Below the pieces are notes generated by a model. That model saw nothing but the letters and a program-made list of their open reading frames with translations. It searched no databases and was not told the DNA's origin. The translations under genes and the position numbers were made by a program. DNA of 64,000 nt, taken from the NCBI GenBank assembly GCA_973895155.1, contig OZ316895.1, positions 17,749,437 through 17,813,436 of the forward strand, given 5' to 3'. The DNA comes from Marsupella aquatica. Lineage: Eukaryota; Plantae; Marchantiophyta. Positions 50,313-64,000 of this stretch are shown in pieces. The number at the start of each line of letters is the position of its first letter. Position 1 is the first letter of the stretch.

Positions 50313-52038
50313 AACGAAAGCCTGCCCTCAGTCTTGATGTTGAGCTTCTTTTAATTTGTGTGGAGCACTTCGGGTAGGCTGCTAAATGAGCTTTTGGATG
50401 ACAAGGTGGGTTTCTAAGTTAGATAAAGATACTCCTCATGCCAACCAGGTTCTTAGATTTCTCCCAAGATTGCTTCCCAATCCATGAAATCAGATAAGCT
50501 ACTATCATTCAACACTTAGATTTATCTCTCACATAGGTGGTCCTACAAGAATTGGCAGTAAACATGTAATGTGGTAGCATTTTAGCTCATGAGATTTGTG
50601 GGGGATACATGAAGGAACACAAGTATTAAAGGCATAGCTCATGGCGTCTGACTTGGGAAGGCTGCAAATGATCTGTCTCTACACATTTGGGCCCCTAATA
50701 AGAACTAAAATACAACAATTCAGTGGACCTTAATAAGGATAATGGACACCTTCAGAGACAAAGTTAGTTGCAGGATATTTGCTGCAAGACCAGGTTTTTG
50801 GGTAACAAGACCTGGTCATCTACTTTTGACAGGCAAGTTGCCTGTGAGTCTTGTTAAAATGTTATTTTTGTCTCAAAGGCCTTGTTGTGGACTAGGGGGT
50901 CAGGCTGATGTCATATAATGTATGGGCTAATAGTGTCTAAGATTTAAATATGTGGGTTTTTTGGAGAGCGTTGTGGGAGACTTGCCAATAATATATAATG
51001 CACAATTGGCCTTTCTCAATTACCTTCGTTTTGCAAGGTTCACCTGCATCCCACAAAAAGAGTAATCAATTTATTGGTTCTTATGCTTGTGAAGATTGTC
51101 ACCGGTCATGAAACTCATGCCTAAGCATTATTGAATGACCAACTTACATTAATAGGCACTCCCAGCTTGTTTTGCCATAAATTAGTGGGAGAAACTCTGA
51201 AATGAGGGCAAAGACTCTGAAATCTTATTAATAAAGGCGATGGAATCCAACTTTTCAAGACTACGATCTAGAGTGAATACTCTAGACCCTGACTCTAAGG
51301 GAATAACTAAAAGTGCATACATATAATAGAGATGAGAGCAACGAGGAAGGGGAAATAATAAGGAATTCTTGTTTGCAAGATTCTGTCTCATTACGATTTA
51401 CTTTCGAGTAATCAGGCTAGTAACAACAATTGTACAATAAGTGAGACGGGGGTCCCTTCATTATTCTTAAAGGACATAGTATAGGATGTCACTTTGGTAT
51501 GTTGTATTGTACATATCGAATCTGTACGTACATATCGAGAATTGGACAGGAATTCTTTCTTGAATATAAACCTTTCTTTAAGACAAGTTCAAGGTGATTT
51601 GTGTAGCCTACAGGTAGCTTTGCAAACTCAAATAGAGATATCACCCAAAAAGCTAAACAGCATTGCATGCACCATTCAACAGTTTCATGTTTTGGGTGAG
51701 GGGGTTTTGGTAATGGCATTCGTAGGTTTTGGTTTAAAGCTTGCCACCAGTGCCATAATTTCAAGAAAGCAGTTCCCATCCACTTGTTTATAGAAAGTTA
51801 CCTAACAAGGGAGGGCTACTTACTTTTCTACTCTTTGCCCGCTGGTTGACATAAATGGCCTGAGTTACAAGTATGTTACTTTAACATTACAGAAATATGG
51901 CAACTTGCACGTACGAGTTTTTCCTTGATCACCCTTTACTCTCCCAGGTTCTCTAGTTGAAAGGCCACAGAGCGCCAATGATTAGTTAATTCGTGGATTA
52001 GGGTGACCCTTCAACTCTGTCTGAGCACCTCGTTTCTA

Positions 52039-52318
52039 GGGGGATTGACTATCAACAATCTTAGGAACCACGTGCGATCCAAAATAGATATTTTTTTTAT
52101 AAATTAATTAAAAATTTTAAAAATGTAGAAAGCAAAAAAAGTATTATAAATCTATATTTGTAGAATATTCTCTAATATATACCTTTTATAAAATAAAATA
52201 GATCATTAGTATTGAAAATAGAGAATATTTTAAGAATATTTTCATTATAAAAGAGTTGTGTTTATATTAGGCTAGGATCACACGTGGTACCCCAAAATAT
52301 ACACTAAGTTAGACCCCC
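52039..52318. mobile_element. AT-rich foldback MITE
   Basis: Inverted repeats GGAACCACGTGCGATCC (52064-52080) and GGATCACACGTGGTACC (52275-52291), with outer GGGGG...CCCCC ends. The flanks share CTCGTTT(C/G)TA. Confidence 0.6.
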
Positions 52319-53817
52319 GAGCCTCGTTTGTACAAGTTGCTAAACCTTTTTAGCACTGTAAACTATAATGTTTTAAGTTCATTTTGATCACTAGATTCTA
52401 AACTCGTCTGAACGAGCAAGTAAAGGAAAACTCACATGAAACACAATGGGGCCCTACAAGATTATCTTGTGCTTGATTGAAGATATATGTTGCCTGTCTC
52501 TGTAGAAGCTAGAGTTTGCGTGCATTGTTCCTTTTCCTGGGAAGCCCATTCTTTCAAACTTTTTCTCACAAAAATTTCAAGATTCTTATTTTGATAAAAT
52601 GGCCTAGGCCCAAAAACAACTCACCTTCATAGATTGCAAACAATCTTACTGGATGCAAACTATATAGCCCACTGGGGTGAAGGGGGTTTGAGATTCAGGG
52701 TGCACTGTATATTAGGGTTTGTCAGATCTAGAAGCTTCTGTTGGCACTTTTCAACAAAAGGTGCACATAACATCCTTGAATTTCATAAATATCAAGATTC
52801 TTTTGCTTCTGCAGAGCTTGTATAACAGGATAAGGAAGGGAATGGGCATGTCTGGTATCAATTGAATGCATGGAAAACACAATCAATTTGCCATTATAGA
52901 TTCTCAGATTTTACTATAGTAGATCTTGGCACTAAATAATCTGCTCTAGTTGTCCCACTGTCTAGCTTAGACTTCTCAAAGCCAACTGGAATTGGAGAGT
53001 ATCAAATCCTAACATAGCTTGCCAACTCTAGGCAAAGGATTCTAGGTGGTATTACTAGCAATTTGGTCTAAGGATTTGATTGAACATAGGAAACTGCAAG
53101 TCATAATAAACATAGAGGTTCTGGTGACCAAACCAACCAATGTTCTTTGAATGACTAGAGATGTAAGAGCTCTAGTACAGCAGAGTAGTTACCATTTAGT
53201 ACCATATGTATATGATGCATTTGTGTAAGAGGATTTCACAAACCCAAACTGGAAACTCGTTTAAGGTAGGTGGCTTAGCCGTCTTTTGAATTTGGGAGTG
53301 GTCATGGTGTGAACATCATTCTCGTGCAAATAAGGAGACATTCAACAAAAGGTATTTTTTTGGTATTTTTGGTGCGGTGTTGGTGCCACAACCAAACTTT
53401 CCTTGAATCAAACCTTTAACCAAACGGCATGACTGTTTGAATTTTCTGTTGTGAAAATGGTTCTCCACACGGTAGAATTATCACTCTTCTCTACCCTTTT
53501 GAGAATTGATTCCGTTCATTTTTGCATCCATCCTTGGCAATGTGTGCCTGTCTACCCTCAAAGCTGATTAGAAGAAGAGCCTGGCTGCAAGATGGGCCGC
53601 ATTTAATTTGCATCTCAAATGATGGGGATGGTGTTCTCACCAACAGTAAGAATTGTTTGAATTTCAAATCAATTTCATGGCAAAGTGCTTCTTCTCAGTT
53701 CAACATTGGCCAACAAGTAGACCCTCATGGTAGAACCCTCTGAATTTGAATCAATGCTATGGCAAGGATCTTCCTAATGCAAAAATCAGGGCCCTTGACC
53801 TAACTATAACAGTAGAT

Positions 53818-55038
53818 ATGCATTCCAGCTTTCAATTCATCTCAAGTTTGGAGAAAATGAGGACAAACCATCATCAGAGAGTTAGAGAAGTTCACCAAGA
53901 CAAAGTTGTGAATGGTAAGATGCAGATGAGAGGAGAGACCATGGATGAGACTTTGTGGGGTGCATTGCCGCAAGATGTGCTGGAGAGAGTTCTGGCCTGG
54001 CTACCATTTGTGAGTCTATTCCGAGCTCGTGGGGTTTGCAAACGATGGAAAACACTGGTCTTCTCAAGGATTTTTCTGGACCTTTGTGCAGAGGTGCCAT
54101 GTAGGGAGAAGTACTTTCTCTTGTTCCCAATCATTGGAGAGCAGATTGTCTGCTCTGCCTTTGATACATCAACCCTTCAATGGCACAAGATCCCTTCCCT
54201 CTCTTTCCTCCCGCCTCAAGTCACATATGTGGAAGGTGGAGCTGGAGGATTGCTCTTCTTCAGCGTCAACGCGCAGGTTGAGCCGGTAATTCTTTATGTG
54301 TGTAATCCCATCACAAGGCGCTGGAGAGAGCTTCCCCCTATGACCCACAGGCGAACCCCTCTTGTGAGGCACATAGTGGTGGACAAAGTGACCAACACCT
54401 ACAAGATCATTGTGGCTGGAAATGCAGAGCTCTCAAACTCCGGCCACAATGACCATCGTTTTTTGAGCACAGAAGTCTATGACTCTAGGACCAATTCCTG
54501 GTCCATCACTGGGAGTCTTCCCTCACAAGTGGACTTAAATTGGAGCAGTACATATAGCAATGGAAAGTTGTACTGTGTGGCCAACCAAGTGGGAAGCATG
54601 AGGTTGGGAGTCATAACCTACAATGTGCAGGATGGGGTTTGGAGTGACAACGTGGAAGAGCTCCCGGAGGGTTTCTCACTAGCCCAGGTGGTGGAGTCTC
54701 AAGGGCGAGTTCTCACAGTTGCAGAGCATTACAAGAATGATACAGTGAAGAGCATTCACATCCTGGACATCAACCTTGCAACCAGAAAATGGACAGAGAT
54801 CTCCAAGCTGCCTCGATCTCTTTTAATTGAGTTCCGGAAAATTTGTGATGAGGAGAGTTTCAACTGTGTAGTTCAAGATGACAGGATCTTCCTCACTAGC
54901 TTCAGGGGGATGCGAGTGTTGGTGTTTGACATCATAGCCAAGACATGGGCCTGGCTACCGCCGTGCCTCTCGTTTCAGGGACTTGACTGTCGGGCTGTTG
55001 GGTTTTCTTTTGAGCCAAGTTTGCACGCAATTCCATAG
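53818..55038 (+). CDS. F-box/kelch-repeat protein, intronless (start may be ATG 53818, 53857 or 53941)
   Basis: F-box LWGALPQDVLERVLAWLPFVSLFRARGVCKRWKTLV. Kelch-like segments YVCNPITRRWRELPPM, YKIIVAG and TEVYDSRTNSW. The C-terminus is FSFEPSL. Confidence 0.92.
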   Translation: MHSSFQFISSLEKMRTNHHQRVREVHQDKVVNGKMQMRGETMDETLWGALPQDVLERVLAWLPFVSLFRARGVCKRWKTLVFSRIFLDLCAEVPCREKYFLLFPIIGEQIVCSAFDTSTLQWHKIPSLSFLPPQVTYVEGGAGGLLFFSVNAQVEPVILYVCNPITRRWRELPPMTHRRTPLVRHIVVDKVTNTYKIIVAGNAELSNSGHNDHRFLSTEVYDSRTNSWSITGSLPSQVDLNWSSTYSNGKLYCVANQVGSMRLGVITYNVQDGVWSDNVEELPEGFSLAQVVESQGRVLTVAEHYKNDTVKSIHILDINLATRKWTEISKLPRSLLIEFRKICDEESFNCVVQDDRIFLTSFRGMRVLVFDIIAKTWAWLPPCLSFQGLDCRAVGFSFEPSLHAIP

Positions 55039-58000
55039 AAATTAAAATTCAATGTCTTTCATTTTTAATCCTTAAGGCTGAGTCATAATGAAGACCATTA
55101 TGTGGAAAACTGATTGATTTGTACTCTCTAGAAAGTGTCTTATTAGAGCCCAATTGCCTTAGTGGACAGTTGCTGATGGATACCTCTCTAGATTAGCTTT
55201 GCTTAGCCCACTTCTTTGTGCCCTATTATCTTTGTTTGCTCATTACTTGATATCAAACTAGCATGGTCCATGGATGTACTAGGGTTTGACAATGTAGCTT
55301 TATTGTGAATGATTTACATGAACAACTTGTGGAATTGGGCCTCAAGAAATGAAGGTAGAAGCCAATGGATTGCTCTCATCTTAGTTAGCTACTGCAGGTA
55401 GCAATAAAACATATCCTGGTCAAATGAGTGTGTAGGCTGATTTTGCTTGTTCCAATTGATGACTTGCATGTATGTATTCAATCAAATTGTACAAGTGACT
55501 CTGAAAATTCTGCATTGAGACACTATCGTCTGATGGAAGAGGGCTAGAAGACCATCCTCACAGCACTTGCCAGAATTCCTTTGCCAGGTCAAAAGTCAAA
55601 TTAAATGCATCTTCAGTCGATTGTGTTCATTTGTGAGCAATGTGATACTGATTGCCTTGGCAAGTTACATATAGGTCCATTGAAACCTCCTTGACAGCCT
55701 CTACACTTGATGACAAGATTCTCTCATTGTTCTCCTAGATTCAATCAGTTTATAGCCTATAACAATGCTCTTTGCATTCATTTGAAGCCTCTTGTTTATT
55801 TCAGCAACCATTTATTCTTCCATGTGGGATGTAACTTTAGACAATGTGATGCTTAAAACTCACTCTTGAAGGTTATTTGAGTATATCATCCCATATTTAG
55901 AAGTCCCTACTTGCACTCCATTTGCTTTCTACAACATCATAATTGAAGCAACTTTAGTGACTAGCTCTAGTAAAAGTTACACAGGCCTCTTGAATTTGTT
56001 CTCTTTAACCTGCAAGCTTGTAAGGGCTCACTGAAGTGCTTCTCCTATGCCTCAGAACTCTCTTCAGCTGTACCTACCTGATCGCTGTGTTACCATGGAT
56101 ATGAATGTCCTGCCAGTCATTCAAAACATTGTAATGCATGTGACTTCCAAATCTCTACAGTTTTACAATAAGTATGTCGGGCGCTAGGATGACTGGAACA
56201 CATGACCAATGCTAAGATTCTAGCAAAGTTTTATTTTGAGTCAAGGCATCAAGTTCAATTCATACTTCATAGTAAGATAAGGTATTTTTATTGCCCCATA
56301 GCCAATTGGTTGGTGGGGAAGCAAACTGGTTTCAAGACTGGTTTGATGAATGAGTTCAATTCTGACTTCAAAGGACTATAGTGTACTGTAGTGTCATCTT
56401 GGTTTGTGTGATAAATGTATAATTATTAGAATATTGGGCCTGACTAATAAAACAAATTGGACCTTTGTGAAACCAAGAAAGAATTTTGTCATGTAAAGTG
56501 TCAAGAAAACCCAGTGTGGAGCATGTGAAAGTAAGCCCTATGACTACCCCGCGGTACTGTAAAAATTCAAATTCAAATACATAATCCATGTTGTCTTCAC
56601 TTTGCAGTTTGTGTAGCATCAACGGTTCAAATCTGAAGACATATTCCATATTGTCTTTGCTTTGCAAATTTGGGTAGTGGCGGCCGTAATTTCTCGGTTT
56701 CCCCTAACCGTGTTGTTTGACCTTTTTGTTTGACCGTGCAAGGTTGGGTGCGGCATTCGACGTGCAGTTAGTCATTGCATCAAGAAAAAATTGGTTAGAG
56801 TGACTACTGGAAGAACAACTGATGCAAAAGTGTAGCAGGGGCGCGCCTATTAGGTACTAAAAAAAGGTTTTGTAGGGGCCCATCAGGTAAGAAAGTTACA
56901 CCAGAGGGCCCATCGAGCATATACCTCCTAAAGCTTGGATGGACTTGTAAGATGTCTCTAGTCATCCCAATGGACTCTGATAGGGAGATTGGACAACTTT
57001 ACACTTAATCATGAGAGAATCTAGATAACAAATGTCCCCATTGACTATTTACCTACATTTTCGTTCAGCTAAATGAAACTTGTATAGACCCCTTGTCTTG
57101 TTTTTTCTTGGGGCCCTTTCTCCTCTTTTCCTCCCCTTCAATGGGTTGTTTTGCCTTTTGGGATCTTGTCTCCTGGTTTGGCATTTTTGCCCTTGGGCAC
57201 TGTGATATATATAATAATGTATAGAATGGACTGAAGGTTTACATTTAGAATGTCACGGTATTCTTTGGCTAAACTCTTTCTAGCTTTGACAAGAGAATAT
57301 CTTCCCAAAGGACTTGTGGGTCCCTTTTTAATGCAAATGACTAAAAATAGGAATGAACTAAGGGATCAGAAGAAGAGACCTCCAAGAGAGGTGGTCTACA
57401 ATCTGGGACAAAAATGCGCTCCACATAAGCAACATTTGGGCCCCACTCCATTCCATGAAGGGTAGGTAATAGGTTGGGTTGAAAGGGCCGTCAATGTTTG
57501 TAAAGTGAACAGCAACAGTTTTCCCCCAATGGATGACCCTGATAAAATCTTGGAGGAAAACAAAAGTGGAAACTATCACTAACATCTTGTAAAGCCACCC
57601 TTAGTAGTGCATTTGAAATCTTTGGTAGAGTTCGCAATGACAAAGTACTCAAAGCACTTATTGTCACAAGAGCAACCCTCACCTTTGAAAAACAAGATTT
57701 CTTGGAGCTCTGCAACGGAAAAATATGATTTCTTGTTACAAGAGCAATGCTCTCGGAAAAATATGATCAAGAATATGATTTGTCAACAAGACTCTCTTAC
57801 ATTGAAATCTTGGGTAGCTTTGCAACAACAAAATTAGTCAAAACCCTCCTAATAACAAGGGCAGCACTAGGAAAAATAGGATTCCGTACCAATGTTTTTG
57901 CAAATTAATTAAATTTCTAGCTTTGCAATTCTAAAATGACTGCACTCCAGTAACAAGAGCAATGTGCTATGAAAATCAAGATTTTCCCCCTAGTTTCCCT

Positions 58001-60525
58001 GGTGAGAATTGTTCCATAAATAGGTTCATGGGTCATTGTGTTGCTTGCTTTCCCCTTCCGTGAAGTTTTTGCAATCTATGTAAACAAGAAAAATTCTTGA
58101 GGAGTATTAAGTTTGTTTTGTTTTTGATCATCGAACAAACCACTTGAAATGCTACGAGTTGAATGTGATGGAGCGCTTAGTTACACAATTTTAGTTATGA
58201 TAAAAGCCAGATAAGGTACTCAAATACAAAAATATACCTCACAAATTGTTACTTTATTGATCTCGAAAAAAATGATTAGAGACTTAACTATTCTGAAGAG
58301 AAGTATATTGAGAGAATAAGACTAAAGCTCGCAATCAATATCGATTTGGCCAGTACATTGTACCTTTGGATATAAGTGGTGATCAAACATGGTACACTTG
58401 GACAGAAGTGTAAAACATAGTATCCAAACATATTAGTCCAGTCCATCCAAGTTTGGCTTGTTTATGGGGTTTCATGGACAATGTATGAGTCCATCCGGGC
58501 TTTAGGTTCAATCACAGAGCCTGGCATCTTACTAGTGGACTAATGATAAGAACTCAATGCATCTTATGAAAAATCACGAGACATTATTGTAGTAAAGTCA
58601 AGATGCCCTATTGAGATTGCATAACTACTGTATTGCCATTTGCATTCACACACTTGAAGTGAGTGAATAATCAAATTTTGTGTATTAGTTCAAAGCCCAA
58701 CTGCTTTTTTCCCAAATCTTCACCATCATAAATTTATTTTGGGGGCCTTTATTTGTATTCCTTATTTTGAGAAAATCATCAAAATAACACTTACTCCCAT
58801 AATTCACGCAAACTAGTCCTAAGGGCTGTCTTACTCAGACCAAAATGTGACAAGGACATTGCAAAGTTTTGTAGGGGCCCTTGGCCCAAAATATGCCATG
58901 GAAAGTCAATTTTATTGGTATCCTATATTCAAGTTTCATTTAAGGAGTCCTTCTCAGAATGTTATTTTTGCAAATATGAAGTATGAAATGTCCAGGGTTA
59001 AGGAGGTTTACCCATAGGTTTAATGCAAGAGATCAGGTAATCTCTGACCATACAAAATTTTAGTTTCATTCATTACAGTACCCTCCGTCTAAGTACAAGA
59101 GAAAAACTTTTTGTTAGCTTTATGAAAATTAGTCCTTTCCTATTATCAAACTAAAAAAGTCCTTTACTTAAGGTTTTCATTCATTGCACATTCATTTGTT
59201 TACTAGTCATCCTATAAATATAATTTCACCCCTTTTAGATTTAGTCAAAACCTACGAATTTATTTTTGGCTCACAAGCAGAACGAATTGGAAGCGGAAGC
59301 CCCCATGGACCACAAAGGCTGGTCTTTGAAATCCCCGTGGACCACATTTTGCAAAAAATGGGTTTGATAGTAGTTGTTTCATATTCATAAATTGAATATG
59401 TTTTAGTTCAGTTTTGGTAATATGCTCGACTAGGTGATGGAGCTACCCGTCCATCAAAGGGACAGTGAAGTTTTTGGCCATTTTGGATGAGCTTTCCATC
59501 ATAGAATGCAGAGGGGTAAATTCCACCACATATATTACTTTTCACTGTGTTAAGATGAGTATTGGGGGTTGTGTTTTTTGAAGTCTCTTCCCTCTCAAGT
59601 TGCCTTGAAGTGCAAAACTAAGAAAGAGTTTTTTACACATTGTCATCTAGTTATGGACCCCAAACTGGGAGCACTCTCTCCAACATGGTGGGAGGTATAT
59701 GCTTGATGGGACCCTTACCAAACCAATTTACTCTGACAGGCCCCTACTAAACTTTTGTTACAAACTAGCCCCTCTACATAGGTTCCGTACACATGGTTCT
59801 TATGTGGTGCCTAACTGCATAGTCAACCATACATTTTCCACCGCAATCCATCGCATGCCGCGTCATAGTCTATCACATGTACATGTATGCTTGAACACAT
59901 AATGGATTATGTCTTCACACAATTATAGAGTTTTGGGGAATCCACCATTACATGATAGTGAGTTTGTACAACATTTAGTCTAGTTCTTGCAGGCTAGCAA
60001 AATTTTCTTGTTATAATTGACTCCATGATGTCTTTGTTTCACACTTAGGCGATGTTTGTGAGTTGCAACAAGGGAAAACAACCAAAAGAAAAAGATACTT
60101 GGTTCCTTCCATACTTAGATGTGAGAAGACAACATCCATGTTGTTATTGTTCCACACTTGGACAAATTTTGAACATTGTAGTAGGGAGAGGATTCATTCC
60201 ATACTAAGACAAAAGAACAAAAATAAACGTCAAAATATCATGCACACACTCTGCATAAATTGCATGAAGCAACCTAAAGACAAACTATATGGTAGAAATT
60301 CAAATCTGAAGATATGAACCATATTGTCTTCATTTATGACCTTGCAGTTCGTGCAACGACTGCCATTACTCCACGGTTCCTCCACAATGTAGTTATCATT
60401 TAACATGGTTTGACTCTGCACTTTACTATAGTTTTATTGATGATAATCTCAGCTAAAACTCATTATAGGAACTTTATAAGAACATCTGACAAAAATGTTA
60501 AAGGGGCCATTTCATAAGGACTTAT

Positions 60526-63030
60526 TGTCACGTCGTAGGCTTCGGCCTTAACTCAGACTTCAGCTTAGACGGGCACATCCCTCGTAAATCTGAGGGTTCG
60601 GGCAGGAAGGGAAGCACGTAATGCACCTTATTCTCGTAAACTAGCGCTAAGTGCGCATACTGCTAAATACGGACACCTCCTAGGTATGGTTTGTGTTCCG
60701 CCGCCGGAAAGTACCTTAGTCGATAGCAGGATCGACCCCGGCTTAAGGGCTTCTAAGCCTTCGTGCTGTCCGCCTTCGATCCGGATTCGATGATACAGGT
60801 CCTCAACCCGTGCTCGCAACCACTTACCCGCAGGCTGCACCCTGTGCACGTCTCGGGTAGTGCGTTCGGCCTGGCGCTGCCACCCATATACGAGAAACCC
60901 ACACACATATGCGCACACATGCATACAATCTCGATTTACACGAAGGAAAATGATGGGAAAGGATTTTACTACAAAGGGAACATATGCGTACACTTAGTTG
61001 ACACGACAGCCCTGGAATGCACAGGTTCAAGGCCGAGGGTGCACACTACAACGGAGCCCGGCTCCGCACTCGCCCGACGAGCTTAGTCCTACCCCCTCCC
61101 CTTGGTACTCTGTCATTCCCAGAGGTCGGGACTCCCCGCATGTCCCGCGGATGTCCGACTCTGAAACTAAAAACCCCCCTGCCTCTACCGAGGGGTGCAC
61201 TAAATACTAAGAGCCGAGGGACGGGGTGTCCTCTCGCCGAAGATTCGCTGACTAAGGTCCTAACTAAGCTGACAGTCAGGCCGGAAAACGGCTGTGTCTT
61301 ATTAGAAGATCCTAATCTACGCAGGCTGGACAGCAGGGCAGCGCTGCTGTACCTAAGGCAGGTGCTTGTCCCAAGAGCCTGACTAAGCCAATCCTAATCC
61401 TAATCTATTCCTACTCCGCCGCTAATGCCTGGCACGCTTGCCAGAGCCGCCCGAATGGGAACGGCCATCCCGCTGCCTTCGAAGCCTGTCATTGTCCGCT
61501 TTGAGGAGCTGGACCTGGTCCAGCAGAGATTTGTTCTCTTGCCTTGCTGCGTCCGTCTCCTCTGCTGCCTCCTGACATGCCTCCTCCAGCTGCTGGGCGT
61601 CGCTCGTCAGTTTACCCGCCAGCTGGTCCTGCTTCTCGGCCTCGGTTTGGAGCCGCGCCATCTCGGCCTGCAGCGTGGCTATCTCCGTCGCGTCCCGCTG
61701 GGCTCGCTCCTCGGCCTCCTCCAGGTCTTTCTGCCAGGTGACAGCTTGTTTCTTCAAACTGTCAATCTGGTTCCGGAGTCGTGTAATCTCGGCCTCGTTC
61801 CCAGCTTTGGCCTGTTCGGCTAGGGCGGTAAGAGCGTACGCCTTTGCTAACAACTCATCGGCGGCTGCAACCTTGGGTCGTAGTTGCAGAAGCTCAGCCT
61901 CTTGAGCCGCCACTTTGTTCTTTAGGTACACGGACTCCACCCGGTACCGCTCTATCCTTTGAAGGGCCTCCGACTGGGCCCGACCTGCCTTTACGGCGGC
62001 AACCAACTCCTGATTGAAGAAACAGGCTACCTTCCGGGCCATGAACTCCCCGGTATCCCGGGAAATTTGATGAGAGAAATCTCCCAGAAGCCCGTTCAGA
62101 AACGTACCCTGTACGAAGAGTTCCGGGTGGTCCAAGTTGTGCCTGTCCGGATTTGGGCACGGGCAGACATCAACACGCGCAGGGGCCGGGGCAGTGACGT
62201 CCAGCCCTGGGGACATAACGTTGGAAGGGGCTGGAGTGTCCTCCTACAGCGATGTCCGGTTCTCCGGAATTGCCACCGGCGGGTCCTTGGGAGACCCGGG
62301 TTCGGGTAAGACCTCTACCGTACCAACTTCTGTACTTAGCCCGGCTAGTTGGGTCGCATCAACGGTTGCGACGACCGACCCCTCCGGCGCCTCCTCGGTT
62401 ACGATTACATCTATTTGTGGAGGTGGGGTGGGTGAAGCTGGCGTGTCCACTGGACTTCGGGCCTCGGGTTGGGGCCGTCTCTCCAATGCCGGAAAAACCC
62501 ACCTAGCTGGGACCAGCTTTGTAACGTTGATGCGGGGAAGGGTTCGTCGATCAAACCGGGTGTACCACTCAAGAATGATTTCGATGTGGCTAGCCAAATA
62601 CGCCTTCCTGCCAATGTACAGCGTCTTCCTTCGCCGCTCCATCTCTTCATGGAATTTCTTAGCGAAGTACGACGCCCATTTCCTAGGTCGATAGTTCTCG
62701 ACCTGGATAACCTGGGCGGCGGAGATCTCCCCCCGGGGTTCCATCATGTGGAGAGCGTATCTCTGGAACTCCAGCCGCTCAGCTATCTCGGGCATGAGGC
62801 AGGTCCTCATCACGAACCCGTTGTCTACTGATCCCTCTGAGGGAAAACTTGAAGATTGGTACTTGGCCCCCTTGCCCCCGGGAGCCCGTGATTCGACTCG
62901 ATGGTCACCTTCGGGTAACCCGAAGATCATCTTGAGCTGTTCTTCTGTGAGGGACATATTCCTTCCCCGCAGCCGAGTCTGTTGACGTACGTCGTCATAA
63001 TTCTTGACGAATTCTGTCATGTCCTCTGTA
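60526..63030. mobile_element. Truncated GC-rich retroelement piece, probably Ty3/gypsy: LTR-like segment starting TGTCACG plus an accessory ORF
   Basis: Sharp GC-content boundaries at ~60526 (TGTCA start) and ~63030. It carries a transposon-associated ORF. No partner LTR, gag or pol is visible in the window. Confidence 0.55.
61422..63020 (-). pseudogene. Retroelement accessory ORF (~532 codons, one internal TAG at 62244-62246): plant-transposon-protein-like N-terminus, Pro-rich linker, long coiled coil
   Basis: ORFs 62244-63020 and 61422-62216 are in the same frame. The N-terminus reads EFVKNYD..RLRGRNMSLTEEQLKMIFGLPEG, and the heptad-rich C-terminus ends in basic GKRARH. Confidence 0.6.
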
Positions 63031-64000
63031 GTATTGTACTAAGGACATAAATCAACATTTAATGTCCAAAACTCGGTATTCGATCCCATGGAAGAACAAG
63101 AAAGGAATGATTTTCTATCGTTTAATACTTATGAATGACTAAAGTCACAAAAAACACAGGTTTGAGCCTTTTACTATGATTGCTCAGCAAGGCATAGATT
63201 TGAATGTTTACTTAACATTGTAAATGCAATTAATAAAATGGAAACAAATAACAAAACACAATGAAATCTTGAGGTATGATGAGGGAGTCTGGAAAACACC
63301 AAGGTAACTTCTCATCAATACTTCATTTGATGTGATTTGGGTGGTATATCCGTAAGAACATTTTTGGAATGGATTACTGTACTAGGATGATTACTAAAAT
63401 GCCGTCAACACGTCTCAACTTTTCCTTCCAAAGGTACTCAGAAGAAACTAGTAATCAATCACTTCGATATCCAGTCGGTACTCTGAGTCACGAATAATAA
63501 ACACCATCATGATCAAATTGAAGTCACAGGTAATTGGTGAGTAACAATCTTTGCATCCGTGCACAAGCAATGTCATGCCAAAAACTATGCATCAAGAACT
63601 CAAGAAGATGGGTTGTCACCACTTAAGGAATCTATTCCCTCATACTTCTGAGATTCAACTTCATACAAGTAATTTTACTTCAATGATCTAAACTCTCAAT
63701 CATTCAGACCAAGGAAGGGAGAAGAATTCCTTTGTATTTGCAAGCAAAGGTGATTCCAGTCTGCAGCACATGCCACAGGCACTACTTTATTTCTTCACAC
63801 TTGAAAATGACACAAATTCTACTTCATATAGGCTAGCAGGAACCCAAGGAGACTGAGATACTGAAAGGACATGCCCTTTCATATCTAAAGGGTCTTGAAT
63901 AAACTTAATGACGGTCATCCTTGAAAAGTGAATGGACACTGCTGAAAGTGTCAAAAATGCAGGGGACGCTTCAGAAAGCGTCGAGGTTTGAGCGGACGCT

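Overview
Eukaryotic land-plant nuclear DNA: spliced GT-AG genes, a canonical plant tRNA-His and plant LTR lineages. A non-seed plant such as a bryophyte is my inference from the style of the sequence and is not proven. The left ~23.5 kb is gene-dense. It holds a 3-exon DUF620 gene, a 6-exon soluble ABC ATPase (ABCI19/20/21, CAF16-like), an E2F-associated phosphoprotein (EAPP) gene, tRNA-His(GUG), an intronless P-class PPR gene and an unresolved minus-strand spliced unit. The right ~40 kb is a transposon island around one intronless F-box/kelch gene. It contains a long-TIR foldback element, a decayed CRE-like (REL-endonuclease) non-LTR fragment, a full-length Tnt1/Tork-like copia with a ~3 kb structured leader plus a solo LTR of the same family, and two hairpin MITEs. 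It also contains a 5'-truncated L1-type LINE whose 3' TSD was hit by a young Bianca-like copia, and a truncated LTR-element accessory ORF. The most notable items are: (1) the Bianca-like copia, with an internal-tRNA-Ile/inosine PBS and a ~40-aa in-frame RT insertion; (2) an orphan ORF with a SAKGSGLPW repeat differing only at synonymous sites; (3) the structured copia leader; (4) the CRE-like remnant. I found no clear, complete novel system; these are candidates only.
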